DNA of 63,431 nt, counting the filler, from Neoconidiobolus thromboides FSU 785 (taxonomy: Eukaryota > Fungi > Entomophthoromycota): the NCBI GenBank assembly GCA_025603075.1. It is 9 parts of 9 records of this genome, joined end to end, with 100 filler letters (N's around TTAATTAATTAA, not from the genome) between each part and the next. Parts side by side here need not be neighbours in the genome. Positions count along the whole stretch, not along the records: positions 2,598 to 15,659 come from MU626621.1; positions 15,760 to 17,449 come from MU626932.1; positions 17,550 to 20,015 come from MU626854.1; positions 20,116 to 50,740 come from MU626485.1; 5 more parts are not named here. One strand, 5' to 3'. A program made the translations under genes and the position numbers. This document shows positions 10,757 through 23,870 of the stretch, piece after piece (within the stretch, counting starts at the first letter, position 1; every line of letters starts with the position of its first letter). The notes beneath the pieces are model-generated. The model was given only the letters and a program-made list of their open reading frames with translations, ran no database searches and was not told where the DNA came from.

Positions 10757-13700
10757 ATGAGTTATCTTCGGCTAAAACAACTCAATCTATTTCGACGATC
10801 TCAGTTCCACAATTTAAGCTTTCAACAATGTAGATTATACACAGCATCAACGATAGAAAAAAAGGGATCTAAATCAATAAGTAATAAAAAAACAATTTAA
10901 ATGATTGGAAAACAAATTTACTAATATAAATCAATATTTTAAACAGCTAAACAAAGTTCATTTTACTTACATGGGATATCACCACGAAGGTTGACTAAAA
11001 TTGATCCAAGGAATTTATTTTTTTCTAGTTCCGAAAAAGAATTGAAGCAGGAGGTAATCAGTGATTATTTACCTAATAGCTTACCATTTGGGTTCAAAGT
11101 AATGGGAGTGACTCAAAGGTGAATGGTTGATTCTAGAATGTTAAATAAACATGATTAATTTACTATTTTTTCCTATAGACCTAAAGAAGGTGGAGTTATT
11201 GTTAACTATGGTTATGAGCCAGAAATGGCACAAGATAGTAAAGAAGGAGAAGTGATCTTGGAAAAAGTTAGGGAGCATCTTGAGAAGAATAAGATAAATT
11301 CCTTTTTCGGATTCGTTCCAGTGAAAGCGTTTCCTATTAAAGTGAGTTAAATTGCTTTTCAATTATAATAATATTGATAGTCTATAAGGGTACCCCGTTT
11401 AATGAAGATTTGCTACTTCAACTTCCTACTAGGTAAGATTAGACTGTAATGCATACATCTGTACAAGTTTCTAATCATCTATTTAGCTTGCTAAAAGTTG
11501 ATATGCAAGGCCCAGACGTTATGATGGTAATTTAAATAAATTAAGCAGAAAATAACAAAAGGGAATTAAAACAGCAAAATAGGAAGATTTATACGCCTCA
11601 TTTCGGGAATATGGAAAAATAGCTAGTATCACTTATCATCCGCCAGAAGCTAGTGGATTCCCTAGATATTCACTTATCCGTTATTTTAGTGGATATTCAG
11701 CAGCAGCAGCTAGAGTTTGTTTACATGGATTGAAGTTTGATGGCACCAGAATATTTATCAATTATAAATCAAGAACAGTAAGTTTTATTTTACTCGTAAT
11801 AGTATAGTTATAAATGCTATTAACAATTTTCTAGTTTTTTAAGCCTATTTGGGATTGGTTTTTATCGCATCCTAGGTTCACTGTAAGATAGCATAACTTT
11901 GTATTTAGTATGATAGTTTATAATATGATTTTATTTTATTAGATACCCTTTTTATTAGGTACCTTTTTAGGGTTGTTATACACACTATTTGATCCATTAC
12001 GTCAATTTTATATTAAAAATAAAATTAGTGGGCGATTTGATTTAGAAAATTATCAATATCTTAAATGGATGAATTTGGATTCAATCAAAAGTGTATTAAA
12101 TTATAGTGTTTGTTCAATAAAACAAAATAAAGTTTCTGGGTGGTCAGGTTCAAACGACAATTTAGAATTTATTAATAATAACTTAAAGAAATCCCCTGGT
12201 AGTTTATAATAGTTATCATTATAATGGACGATAAATTTAATATTATGTTTTAGAAACTATGATATTAGTACATGGCCCAAATGGATCTGAAAAAGAAGTA
12301 CTTGTTAATATTTCAGTAGAAAATAGAAAGTAATCTGATTTTAATAATATTAAATAAATATACTAATTAATTTACATCCATATAAAGAAACGTACTAAAA
12401 ATAAGATGTACAAATTTTATGAAACCACATCATACCAACGATTTAACTTCACTTGCTAAAGAATTCGGTTATTTTCCAATCTTTGATTTTTTAAATAGAA
12501 TGATGGAATTAATAGACAACATGATGTCTGCTACTATTGGAAAACCTGCAAGTAATTTAATAATACTAGCTAAACCTAGTGAAATTCTAATAATTATTTC
12601 CTTTTCATAGATTTTGGCTCCTCAAAAGAAAAGCAAAGAGAAAATATATTATCATGTGCAATGCAAGCCTTATCTGATTTATCAACTTCAGAAAATCAAA
12701 TTGCATTGAGGAACGAAAAGGATAGTAAATCAGTGCCAGTGATTATATTTTATGATTTCCTTAATAAAGATACATCTGATGATCCATTTTGGTTACAATT
12801 GGCGAATTGGTCCAATGAATTAGTTACTAATCATATTGCTGATGTTGTTTTTATTTCAGATAATCCATCCGCTCAACGCATTTTATCTAACTGTAAGTTA
12901 AATCTGTTATATCTACTTAGACACTAATGGTCCATCAATACTTAATATTTCTTAGGGGTTTCTTTAAGCAGCTTCAAATACTTAGGATTATCAGACGCTA
13001 GTTTAGACGATGCCATGGAAATTGTACAACATCGATTGAATACACATTTACCATATGACCTAAGAAAGTCCATAGAACCACTTGGTGGTAGAATGTCTGA
13101 CTTGAATACATTTATACAAAAAGTATCTGCAGGGCAAACACCTGAAGAAGCAGTTAATGATATTATTATTAGTTCAACGACTGAAATTAGTAAATTGTTA
13201 TTTGGTTCTTTAAAAGGCACGAGACCTAGTTTAGTATCCCCACTTGTTTCTTGGACCGTTATTAAAGAATTAAGTTGTAATAGGAACTGGGTAATGAGTG
13301 TTGTTTAATTACTAAGAGTGTTTTTAATGGGCATTTTTAGGTTGGTTATGATCAAATTAAAGCAAGTAGTTATTTCAATGGTACAGACGAGGACTTGCAT
13401 GCTTTAGAAAAAGCAGAGATTATTACCATTGAGCATAAAGATGGTAAATTATTATTGATATTTTGTCATGTTTTATTTATTTTATTAATTATAACGATAT
13501 TAGATCAACCAAGTATAATCTTACCAGGCAAACCAATTTATTTAAAAGCATTTGAAAAAATATGTAAAGATCAACATTTAGAAGCTAGTATCTTATCTCA
13601 GTTACATAAGAAACAAATTGAAAAAAAGAACAATCAGCTATTAGCAATTGAAGAAGAAATCGTTAGATTAAGCGGAGTTAAAATTGAAACTAGATATAGT

Positions 13701-13898
13701 TGGGGTTCTTATTTAATACCTACTAATTGGTTTAGGAGTAGTGGAAGTAGATGTCCAAATCAAGTTAGAGATAGGATGGAATATCTATTAAATAAATTGA
13801 AAACAATTCAAAAAGAGCTGAAAAATTCGGAAAAAATTCTGAAAGAAGCAACTAATGTTTTAAAACAAAAGCCTGAGATCATAAATAATTTGATATAA
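10757..13898 (+). CDS. YME2: Mitochondrial escape protein 2 (RRM plus RNA12 P-loop-like domain), multi-exon
   Basis: Exon motifs IDPRNLFF, PKEGGVIV, QGPDV..EDLYASFREYGKI, ARVCLHG, SHPR, TLFDPLRQFYIK, GPNGSEKEVL, IEPLGGRMSDLNTFIQKV. The first exon is Arg/Ser-rich like a mitochondrial presequence; its splice boundary is uncertain. Confidence 0.85.
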
Positions 13899-14368
13899 AC
13901 AATATTGAGTATTTATAAAAAGCATTTCATTTATTTTAATTTTTTAATAAAATATAAGTATTTTTTTGATTTGTATGATTGTCTATTTAAACGTTTTTGA
14001 ACACCTAATTCTATTGATATAGTCACTTTATTTTAAATGAAAAGCTCCTGCCCAAAAGCTGCTTTTAGTTTTGCAGTAGCTATTCTGTCTATTAAAACAA
14101 TTTTTAAACAATAGCTTTTTTAAAATAAAATGTTGGATTTTAATGTCATTAAGTACTAACAAATCATATATAAAATGTTGCACTTTTCAAAGTGCTTTTT
14201 AGGTTTCGTCAAATCAGGTCTTAATTGTCACGTTTCCTGTCTCATTGTTAGATCATTTAGGCGTGTATTTAAAAAAAAATTAACCTCTCTCGTTGAAGTA
14301 ACTTTTAATTTTTAAACAAATTACTTTAAAATAGATCATAGTCAACTTTAAATTGATATAAAATTAAA

Positions 14369-15659
14369 ATGTCATCAGGAAACGAAATGAACAATGAGAC
14401 AGGGGAAACTGATTTTGGTAGAATAGCTGTTAAGAGCAATAATAGTACAGAGGATATCAGCATTAACCAACCCAACAACAGTAATGTAACAACTAACATT
14501 GGTTTTAACCAAAATAATAGTAACGGCGGCGGTAGCCCAAAAAGTATCTATTCCAGCCAGCCTAACATCAGCAATGGAACAAGAAACATTAGGATTGATC
14601 AACTTACAGATAGCAGTAATATTGGTAACGGAGGAGATATCGACTTTAATAATTCCAATAACCGTAATGGTAGTATAGAAGATGGTGATCCAAATCAACT
14701 TAAAAACGATAACAATAATAACAATAATAATAACACTAAAGAAGAAGAAGCATTAGAACGCTTTAATCAAGAGCCCAGTGTGCGATTTTTAAAGATAATT
14801 GAAGAACAAAGAGCCGATTTCGAAAAGAGTATAAAAGAAGATATACTGAAAATTGAACAGTTGAAACTGGGAATAATTGAAAAACAAAAGAAGATCGATA
14901 CGTTAAATGCCATTATAAAAGAAGGTAAACAAAAGAAGAGTTCAGCAGGAAAAAGCAAAATGTTACCAAGTTTTTCAAACCAAACAGTATCAAAGAGACC
15001 AACCATCGAAAGAAAGATATTGATCATGGAAGATTATAAAAAGAGAACTTCGACGGTTAAGGAACTTTGTGAGAGATATAAGATAACAAGAACTACCTTT
15101 TACAGGATCAAGAAGAATTATATGGAGTTTAAAGGGGGTTTAAATGAGGATAAAGTCGATTTAAGAGGGCGAAATAGTAAATTAAATAAGGACTGTATAG
15201 GCGCATTATATTATGAAATTACAACTCAGCCGAAAGGAACAACAACAGTTAGAGATTTAACTAAACTAATTAACCAAAGGTTTGATTTGAATGTATCACC
15301 AAATACCAATCATAAAGCATTACAAAAGGCAGAAAATGGATGGAAAACAGAGGCCAGAATACCAGATAGTTGGAATGAACCTAAAATCTTAGAATTAAGA
15401 AAGAAGTTTGTTCAATGTTTACCTAGTTATGGAAAGGGTAAGACAGAGTTTTATTTGGGAGAGTGTACATTTAACTTAGAGGAAAACGTAGGTTATAGTT
15501 GGGCTTTGAAAGGAAGGAATGAAACTTTAGCTAATAGAAAAAGGCAAAAACCGTTACATTTAATTATAGCAATAAATAAGATAGGTGATGTGATTAAAAT
15601 GTATCTGAATAAGAATAAAAACGGCTTAGAAGAAATAGCAGATGATACAAAAATGAAAC
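14369..15659 (+). CDS. Tc1/IS630-family transposase-derived protein with Asn-rich and coiled-coil N-terminal extension; 3' truncated at contig end
   Basis: HTH (TVKELCERYKITRTTFYRIKKNY), second HTH (TTVRDLTKLINQRFDLNVSPNT), then LRKKFVQ...FYLGECTFNL...GYSWALKG...LHLIIAI, collinear with the DDE_3 layout (FIDESGFNL..GW). Confidence 0.75.
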
Positions 15660-15759
15660 NNNNNNNNNNNNNNNNNNNNNNNNNNNNNNNNNNNNNNNNN
15701 NNNTTAATTAATTAANNNNNNNNNNNNNNNNNNNNNNNNNNNNNNNNNNNNNNNNNNNN

Positions 15760-15880
15760 GGAAAAAATAATGAAGTCAAAAAAGACACTCCTATATATAT
15801 TTTTATTCTACTGATAACCTTTCTGCTGAAATAGTGCTTAAAAATAGAAAAGGTAATGAAACCAAAAAACATCCCCATAC
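15760..15880 (+). mobile_element. Two partial MITE-like right halves
   Basis: gaaaaaataatgaagtcaaaaaagacactcctatat and gaaatagtgcttaaaaatagaaaaggtaatgaaaccaaaaaacatccccatac. Confidence 0.7.
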
Positions 15881-17354
15881 ATAACAGTCATTTTAAATTT
15901 AGAGCTCTAATCTCATAATCCATTTTATTTGATATTAGTTATATTCAGTTAATACTATAAGATGCCTTTTTAGTTACCCAATTCCAACCTATACTTATAA
16001 CTTAACTCTTAACTACTATTTTTACAACTCTAATAATGAATTATAACATAATATTTCATAATTTCTAAATAAGGCCAAAAATGCTAAGATTAAGCTAGAA
16101 TCTCTTATGATAGCAACTTATGAATAGATTGATACTTGTTCAAAGTAGTCTGAGTTGTCTTTGACTAAAAGCCTATGTTGTTGGAATTGCCCAGAAGTTT
16201 AATACTCTATTGTTTAAACTTTAATACTTGAAAGGATATTTTGTATATTTTTTTCAAATTGTAATTCAAAATATAATCGGAGTTATGTTAAGCGTCTGCT
16301 TTAAGTTCGGATTCTAATTAAAAATTCTAAAATTATTCTGGATTCAGCTTAGGATCCTACTTTGTTGGCTTTACTTACAATACTGTTTATGCTTAAAGAA
16401 TAGATTAATATAACTGTTTTCAGAATAGTCGGTCTTAATTAAATTCCTGTTAAAAATAAAAGTGAAATTTCAACCCGATTAATTGAAATGGAGATTTTGT
16501 GATATTACTGTAGTAGAATAAGTATTTTTATGTCGATACTATTAAAAGCATTACAGTAATTTTTTTGATTAAAAGTAGCTAAAATAATCAAACCATGAGA
16601 TATTAATCAAATAAAACACTTAGGTTTTCAAGATTTTGAGGGTTAAAAAATAAAATTAAAAACAGTGATATTTTATTAAAATTACTTTATATAATGATGC
16701 CTAAAACTCTGTCGTTTCTACAATAAAATAAACTTTTGTTTCAAATAATACTATATTTAAGTATATAATCCCAAGGAGGTTTTTGACTGTTTAATAAAAT
16801 TATAAATTAGTTGCAAATAGTTGACATTTTAAGTAACTAATTTTATTTTATGAGAAATCGCATAAATTGATTTGCAATGTTAATTTAGTTTTCTAAATTT
16901 AGAAATTTTATTATTAATGTGAGAATTTTAATTAAGGATATCTGCCCAGAATAAATGTTTCTAATTTAGTGTAGCAAAATTTCTTATCTTAACGGATATT
17001 AGATTTAATAACATTAAAAGCCCAGGTCTTTTGCATCTTTAAAGACCTGATGCCACTAAAAAAACAAATAGTAGTAATTATTTTCCTTCTTGTTTTTCCC
17101 AAGTAAAATTTTTCCACTTTTTTCCAAACTTTTTCTAAAAGCTGTATATATAAATACATGCTTTGCCTAAAATTTTATATTTCAAGCTTAATGTTTTCTA
17201 CTTTTCAATTATATAGTTTTAAATCTTCCACTTAAAGTTACTTGAAATCAAAACCATTACATTAATATAGATTTTCACAACAAATCTAGTGATGGTTTTA
17301 TAATTTATTTTGATACCTATGGTTATAATAGAACTATTAATACCTAAATAAAGC

Positions 17355-17449
17355 ATATGGGGATGTATTTCTGTGTTTAAGAATTTTGCTAATAATTTTT
17401 CCGCTCAAATGGCGCTTAAAAGATGGAAAAAATGATGAAGCCAAAAAAA
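17355..17449 (+). mobile_element. 105-bp MITE-like repeat copy cut by contig end
   Basis: atatggggatgtatttctgtg...ggcgcttaaaagatggaaaaaatgatgaagcc. Confidence 0.85.
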
Positions 17450-17549
17450 NNNNNNNNNNNNNNNNNNNNNNNNNNNNNNNNNNNNNNNNNNNNTTAATTA
17501 ATTAANNNNNNNNNNNNNNNNNNNNNNNNNNNNNNNNNNNNNNNNNNNN

Positions 17550-18260
17550 GTAGCTATTGCACCACCTAGACTATGACCAACAATAACTAATTTATAATCT
17601 TTGTGTTCATTCAATAAACCTTTTAACTTGTCAATATACATTGGCAATAATCACCAACTGCCTAAACCTGCAATCAACTTTATACCACTAGTTATTAGTA
17701 CAGCTAGATCCTTTAATATTTAGCATCTTGGATAAAATTCTTTGACGTTGAACTTCTATGGAGGCCTAAAGTGATTGCTTTTTTGTTTTTATCAATGCTA
17801 AAGAAGCTTTGGTTCCTGTTCTTTGTTAAATGGAGTTCCTTGATGCTGAATTGGGGCTTCATTACAACGATAGTAGGGCCAGTTTCTTGAATTTCGATCA
17901 TTACAATAAGCAGCACCAGCCAATCTAGCATAATATTTACTAACTTGAACATCACTCATCTTTAATTTGGTTTATATTTCAAACATCTGTGATCTGTTTT
18001 GTTCTAAAGGTTCTAATTCGGTATGTTTTTTAACAGTTTGGATTTTCCATCAAGTCTTCAAAGTAAGCATCTTCAGCCGATTTCATATTGGTATTTGAGT
18101 TTAAGCTAGATTTATACTTACTTGACGATAGAATGTTGACATTGATAATGACATTGGTGTAGAAGTGTTGCGATTATTTCCATTTGTTTGACTATGAATT
18201 AATGCTATATTATAAGGTAAAGCAATAAAGATTAGGTTGTTGTAGCTTAAAGCATTTATA
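17550..18260 (-). pseudogene. Degenerate class 3 lipase (frameshifts and stops), 3' truncated
   Basis: Pieces in different frames: YYARLAGAAYC, IDKNKKAITLG..SSTSKNFIQD, LNEHKDYKLVIVGHSLGGAIA (GxSxG), interrupted by in-frame stops. Confidence 0.7.
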
Positions 18261-18794
18261 TTATATATTATAGGCTGCTAGATTTAATAATGGCGTTTAA
18301 TGAATATGATAATACAATTTATAGGATTTCATACTTTCTAATAATTACATATTTCTTACAATTATACTAAAATTTTATATGTAAGTAATCTGACTATATA
18401 GTAGAAACACGCTTTGCGAATAATTCAGATTGTTATCATATATAGATCTAATAAAATTCTACATCCACCATATTTTAATTAAATTATATGCTACAGTTTT
18501 ATTTTTACTATAACATACTCTACTATCGTATCATATAAATGCTACCATTTAATATAATTAAACAATTTCACTAGTTTAAAAGCAGTGTACAATATCATAA
18601 TACTAAGGAAACAAGTATCCTTTTTTATTAGAAAAACCTGGCACCATCATGTCTTGATATATTTAAACCAAATCAAAAATATATACTTCAATTGTTGTCC
18701 AGCTTTTTGCTAAGAAGAAATGGATTGGTTCATTTTGATTTTTTTTATCTATTCAGATTTTATTTTCTACATCTATTCAAAACTTTAATACAGC

Positions 18795-18893
18795 ATATGG
18801 GGGGATGTATTTTTGTGTTTAAGAATTACAATTTTTCTACTCAAATAGTGTTTAAGATGGAAAGAGTAATGAAGCTAAAAAACGCCTCTATAC
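18795..18893 (+). mobile_element. MITE-like repeat copy (small internal deletions)
   Basis: atatggggggatgtatttttgtgtttaagaatt...caaatagtgtttaagatggaaagagtaatgaagc. Confidence 0.75.
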
Positions 18894-19532
18894 TATTTAT
18901 ATTAATTAAAGGTATAATGGCACTAGCATTAAACACTCTTAAGCTTTAAGTTAAATTAAAGCAAGATCATTAGTTAGATATAAAGCTATTAATAATATGA
19001 AAGAATTTATTTTAACTAAACTAATAGTATTTAAATAAAATGTCATAAAATAAATAGGATCGTTTATTTATTATAGTATTTTGTTCACATTTTAGCAGTT
19101 TAAGATTTAATAAGATTGTTAGCTAAATTTTTTAGTTTTAATATTTGATATTAAAAACTTGTATCTAATATCATTGAAAATAATTTTATTATCAATAATA
19201 TAAAGAAGCTCTCTTTAAAGATACTGATTTTATAAGTCTATTACATTTCATCTGTAAAATTATGGTGATTTTTTAAAAGGTCATTTTAAACCAAAGCTAA
19301 GTTGAAAATGTTCTTGAATCTTAAAAATACTAAAATACTAAAAATCCATAAAATATTCTATTGATAAAACTAGGTATATATAATAACTAGCTTCAAATAT
19401 GCTTTTAATTTACTTTATTTTCAGCCGATTTGTCTTGTTTTCTTGAAATAATTTTTGTTTTAATAAATGAATAAAATTGTAGTTTTTTTGTAATTATTAA
19501 ATGTTTCAATGTACTCACTTTTGGGTGATATT

Positions 19533-19637
19533 ATATGGGGATATTTTTTTGATTTCACCATTTTTTCGACTTTTCAAGCACTATTTGAGTGGAAAGATTA
19601 TTAGTAAAAATCTTGAACAAAAAATACATCACCATAT
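19533..19637 (-). mobile_element. 105-bp MITE-like repeat copy (reverse)
   Basis: atatggggatattttttt...aagcactatttgagtggaaag...atacatcaccatat. Confidence 0.85.
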
Positions 19638-19731
19638 AACTTAATTATCTGCTTTAAATGGAAATAAATTAAATAAAAAGCTAAAATTTATCAATCTTTG
19701 TTATTATAACTTATTATTATTTATTATATAG

Positions 19732-20015
19732 TTAACATTTACCACCTAATGTGATACCCCAAATTTTCAAGTGATCATTCACTGAAGGGGCATACCATTT
19801 TGAAGCAGAACAGTTAGGATCTTCTAGATAGTTATCATTACAATAGACATCTTTACTACCGTTTACCCAGATCTCATTGTGATGGTGATAATAATCGGAC
19901 AACAATTTAATTTGTGGAGGTAAATGAGGAACCATGTCATTACCATTAACAACTCGAGTTAAAGTAAAAGTTTGTTGATTCAAATAACGTGCAAATTCCT
20001 TATCACCCACTCTTG
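19732..20015 (-). CDS. Class 3 lipase, C-terminal part (5' truncated by contig end)
   Basis: (R)VGDKEFARY...TRVVNGNDMVPHLPP...YYHHHNEIW...CSAS...DHL, the typical Lipase_3 C-terminus with catalytic Asp and His motifs. Confidence 0.85.
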
Positions 20016-20115
20016 NNNNNNNNNNNNNNNNNNNNNNNNNNNNNNNNNNNNNNNNNNNNTTAATTAATTAANNNNNNNNNNNNNNNNNNNNNNNNNNNNN
20101 NNNNNNNNNNNNNNN

Positions 20116-22652
20116 TAAATGCTTGTAAACTAGCTAATATTCATGATTTTATCATGAAATTACCACAACAATATGATACTATGGTTGGTGACCGTGGCTC
20201 TCAATTGAGTGGTGGACAGAAGCAAAGAATAGCTATTGCTAGAGCTATAATTAAGGATCCAACTATATTATTACTTGATGAAGCTACCTCAGCTTTAGAT
20301 ACTGAGTCAGAAAGAATTGTTCAAAAAGCACTAGATAATGCTGCTAAAGATAGAACTACTATTGTAATTGCACATCGTTTATCTACTATTAAAAAAGCAG
20401 ATAAGATCGTTGTCTTTGACAAGGGTACTATCATTGAAGAAGGAAACCACAATGAATTAATTGAGCTTAATGGTGCTTATGCTAATTTAGTTAAACAACA
20501 AGAAATTAGGAAAAGTGATGAAGAAGAAAAGAACAAAGATGATGACATTATTAGTAGTGACATAAATGTGGATGAAGTAGTACTAGATATAAAAGATGAT
20601 GAGCAGTTAGAAGATGGTTTATTTAAAATGGCAAGCCGAGTTAAATCACTTCCAGGAGAATTGGTCAAGAATAAGAATAAGAATAAACCATATGAAGCTC
20701 CAATGCCATTAATGAGATGTTTGAAGATGGTATCTCCATACTGGTATTATGGCTTATGTGGTTTAATCGGAGCTGTATTTGATGGTATATCGTTTCCTAT
20801 CTATTCTATTTTACTTACTGGAGTTACTCAATCATTTTTCGATTTAAGTATCCCAAATCTAACGGAAAAAGCTCAACAAGATATTGATTTTTGGTCCATT
20901 TTATTTGTGATTTTAGCTATCTTTTGTTTTATCACTGGATTTTTAAGATACTTTGGTTTCAATACTTTAGGCGAACATCTCACTTATGAACTACGTAAAT
21001 CCTACTTTCGTTCTTTATTAACTCAAGAAGTTGCCTTTTATGATCTTCCACAAAATTCAGTAGGTATTTTAGCTAACAAATTAGCTGTTGAAGCAGAAAA
21101 CGTTCAAAATTTAGTCAATAAATTTATGGGTCCAGTATTTAGCACATTGACATGTGTGATTGTTAGTTTGATTATTGCATTTTTAAATGGATGGAAATTA
21201 ACGTTAGTAATGCTAGCTCTTCAACCATTTAATGCATATAGTCAACTTATTCAAGTATCTGTATTAACTAATATTAATGAAAAAACTAAATTGGCTTATC
21301 TAAAAGTATCTCAAATGGCAATGGAATCTGTTATCAATAAAAAGACCATCAACTCATTAAACAGAGAAACTAAATTCTATGAAGATTATTTAGAAAATAC
21401 TCAAACTGCCCATTATAATTCTAAGCTTGGTTATCTTAAATCAGCTATTGGTTATTCAGCCTCAATGAGTATCCCTCATTTTATTAATGCTATAGCGTAT
21501 TGGTATGGTACGATCTTAGTAATTAATCAAGAATATACATATAAAAATATGTTTCAAATTGTTTGTGTTATTAATTTTATGGGTTCAAATTTTGGCTTTG
21601 CTTCAAGTGAATTAACTTCCTTAGTTAAAGCTAAAATTGCAGCTAATGATCTCTTTCAGTTATTAGATCGTAAGCCAAAAATAAATCAATCAGATTCTCA
21701 TGGTACTAAAAACAAGGAGCTATATGGTAGTGTTCTAAGTGAAAATGCTCATTTCGCTTACCCATCCAGACCAGATACTAAGGTCTTAAATGGCTTAGAC
21801 TTAGAAGTACTTAGAGATAAAAAGGTAGCTTTAGTAGGATCTTCTGGATCTGGAAAATCAACTATCATNNNNNNNNNNNNNNNNNNNNNNNNNNNNNNNN
21901 NNNNNNNNNNNNNNNNNNNNNNNNNNNNNNNNNNNNNNNNNNNNNNNNNNNNNNNNNNNNNNNNNNNNGATACTAAGGTCTTAAATGGCTTAGACTTAGA
22001 AGTACTTAGAGATAAAAAGGTAGCTTTAGTAGGATCTTCTGGATCTGGAAAATCAACTATCATTAGCCTTATCCAAATGTTCTATACCCTTAATTCTGGA
22101 AAGCTTGAAGTCGAAGGCCAAGATATCAGTGAGTGGAATGTACCTTATTTAAGAAGTCAATTATCTACCGTTGGTCAAGAACCTGTACTTTTCAATCTAT
22201 CAGTTATGGATAACATCGCTTACGGAGTAGAAAGAGATGTCACAAAAGAAGAAATTATCCATGTAGCTAAAATGGCTAATGCACATGATTTTATCATGGA
22301 TCTTCCAGATGGTTACAATACTTCATGTGGTGAACGTGGTGGTAGACTTTCAGGTGGTCAAAAACAAAGAATAGCTATTGCTAGAGCACTAATTAGAAAT
22401 CCAAAGCTATTACTACTTGATGAAGCTACTTCCGCTTTAGATTCTCAATCTGAAAAAGTCGTACAGGATGCTTTGGATAAAGCTTCAAAAGGTAGAACTA
22501 CAATTACTATTGCCCATCGCTTGTCCACTATTCAAGATGCCGATATAATTATTGTTATGAAAAATGGTAAAAAAGTAGAAATGGGTACTCATAACCAACT
22601 TTTAAACGTTGGCGGGTATTATGCTTCTTTAGTGTTAAATCAAGCACTTTAA
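20116..22652 (+). CDS. ABCB (MDR/P-glycoprotein-like) transporter: end of NBD1, TMD2 and NBD2; 5' truncated
   Basis: [25 protein letters not shown] twice, Walker A GSSGSGKS, six-helix TMD2; the N100 gap at 21869-21968 duplicates ~90 nt. Confidence 0.95.
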
Positions 22653-23870
22653 ATTTTAAAAGTTTTTTTGATCTTCTCTTATTCTATTAAACTATTGAAG
22701 AATTTAATGGTATTGCTTATTTTATGAGTTATATTTCAATGATAATAACGTTCTAAATAATGATTTATTTACTTATTTTACTACTCTTTTCCTTTTAGTT
22801 TCAATTCCTTATAATTGATTACTAAAGTTTAAATACTTTGTCTATAATTTCATTTTAATATTACAATAGTCAAATATTTAAAATAGCTTAAAATTTTTTT
22901 TGAACAAGTAGTATACTTCCAAATGTTTTATTAGATAAATAATAAACCAAACAATAAAAAGAAAAAGAATCATTTAGCTAATACCTAATATCCTTTTTTA
23001 GGTCATAATAACTTCACTATTGCATGAGCAAAATCAATGTACCAATGGATTTTGTACTTGTTAACAAAGTTATCTACTAAAGAACAGCATGAATTGGACT
23101 CCAAAGCCAAATTTTTGTGTACTGTAAATAATATCAAGGACTGAAACGTAAAAATTAGTAGCAAACATCTAATTAGATGGCATCAGATTAAAACTAATAT
23201 CATTTCTATTGGAAATAAGTATATAGTGGGCTATACTGGATGAATGATAGGTAGATATGTCATACTTCATTTAAGTTGGGATAAATAAAAAAGTGGTAAT
23301 AGATACTGTCTTTAAGATTAATAAAAAATCTGAAACTGAGTGTATATTTTGGGCTTGTACTTATATATTTTGACATCAATAGAAAAGCATAGATGATTTG
23401 AAATCAATTAATTGGTATTATTCTGTATAAAAAAATAGAAGGTTCATCTAGTATTCTAATTTGTACTAAAAATATACTAAAAAAATCCTTGATAAAATCT
23501 TATTATCTATTTCTTATTTTTAATCGAGTACTTTGATTTATCTATTACATACTGATACAAAATAATCACTATTATAATTCATAAACATCTTTTTTTTAAA
23601 TGTTCTTAATACAACACTTATTAAATATTTTATTTCTTAATTTAGTAATCTAATTCATTAGATTGAGTCATGTCATCTATAAATTCCGAAAATAAACAAA
23701 ATTGACAAATTAATCGATTAATAGACTATTAAAAGAATAAATAAATTTATTAAATTTCTATAAAACAAATGATAGCAAATCGAGCATTTATGTTAGAAAA
23801 GTACACATATGTTTTTATCCTTCCCCTAAATAAATTTTTATTTTTCATTTTTATTCTATAAATTTTCAAA

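Noticed and set aside
10757-10950. In-frame TAA in YME2 exon 1, suggesting read-through or a frameshift
   Set aside because: An upstream GTAGAT donor gives an in-frame splice, and an A8 homopolymer error would also explain it; no recoding is needed.
16100-17150. Patches of coding-like composition in the 15.8-17.4 kb contig
   Set aside because: No open frame or recognisable motif; probably an old relic, but unsupported.
21779-22058. Apparent internal duplication of the Walker A segment in the ABCB gene
   Set aside because: The same ~90 nt appear on both sides of an N100 gap, the signature of unmerged overlapping contig ends.
22990-23300. Short hydrophobic open frame on the minus strand between the ABCB and membrane-protein genes
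   Set aside because: No clear start, splice structure or motif.
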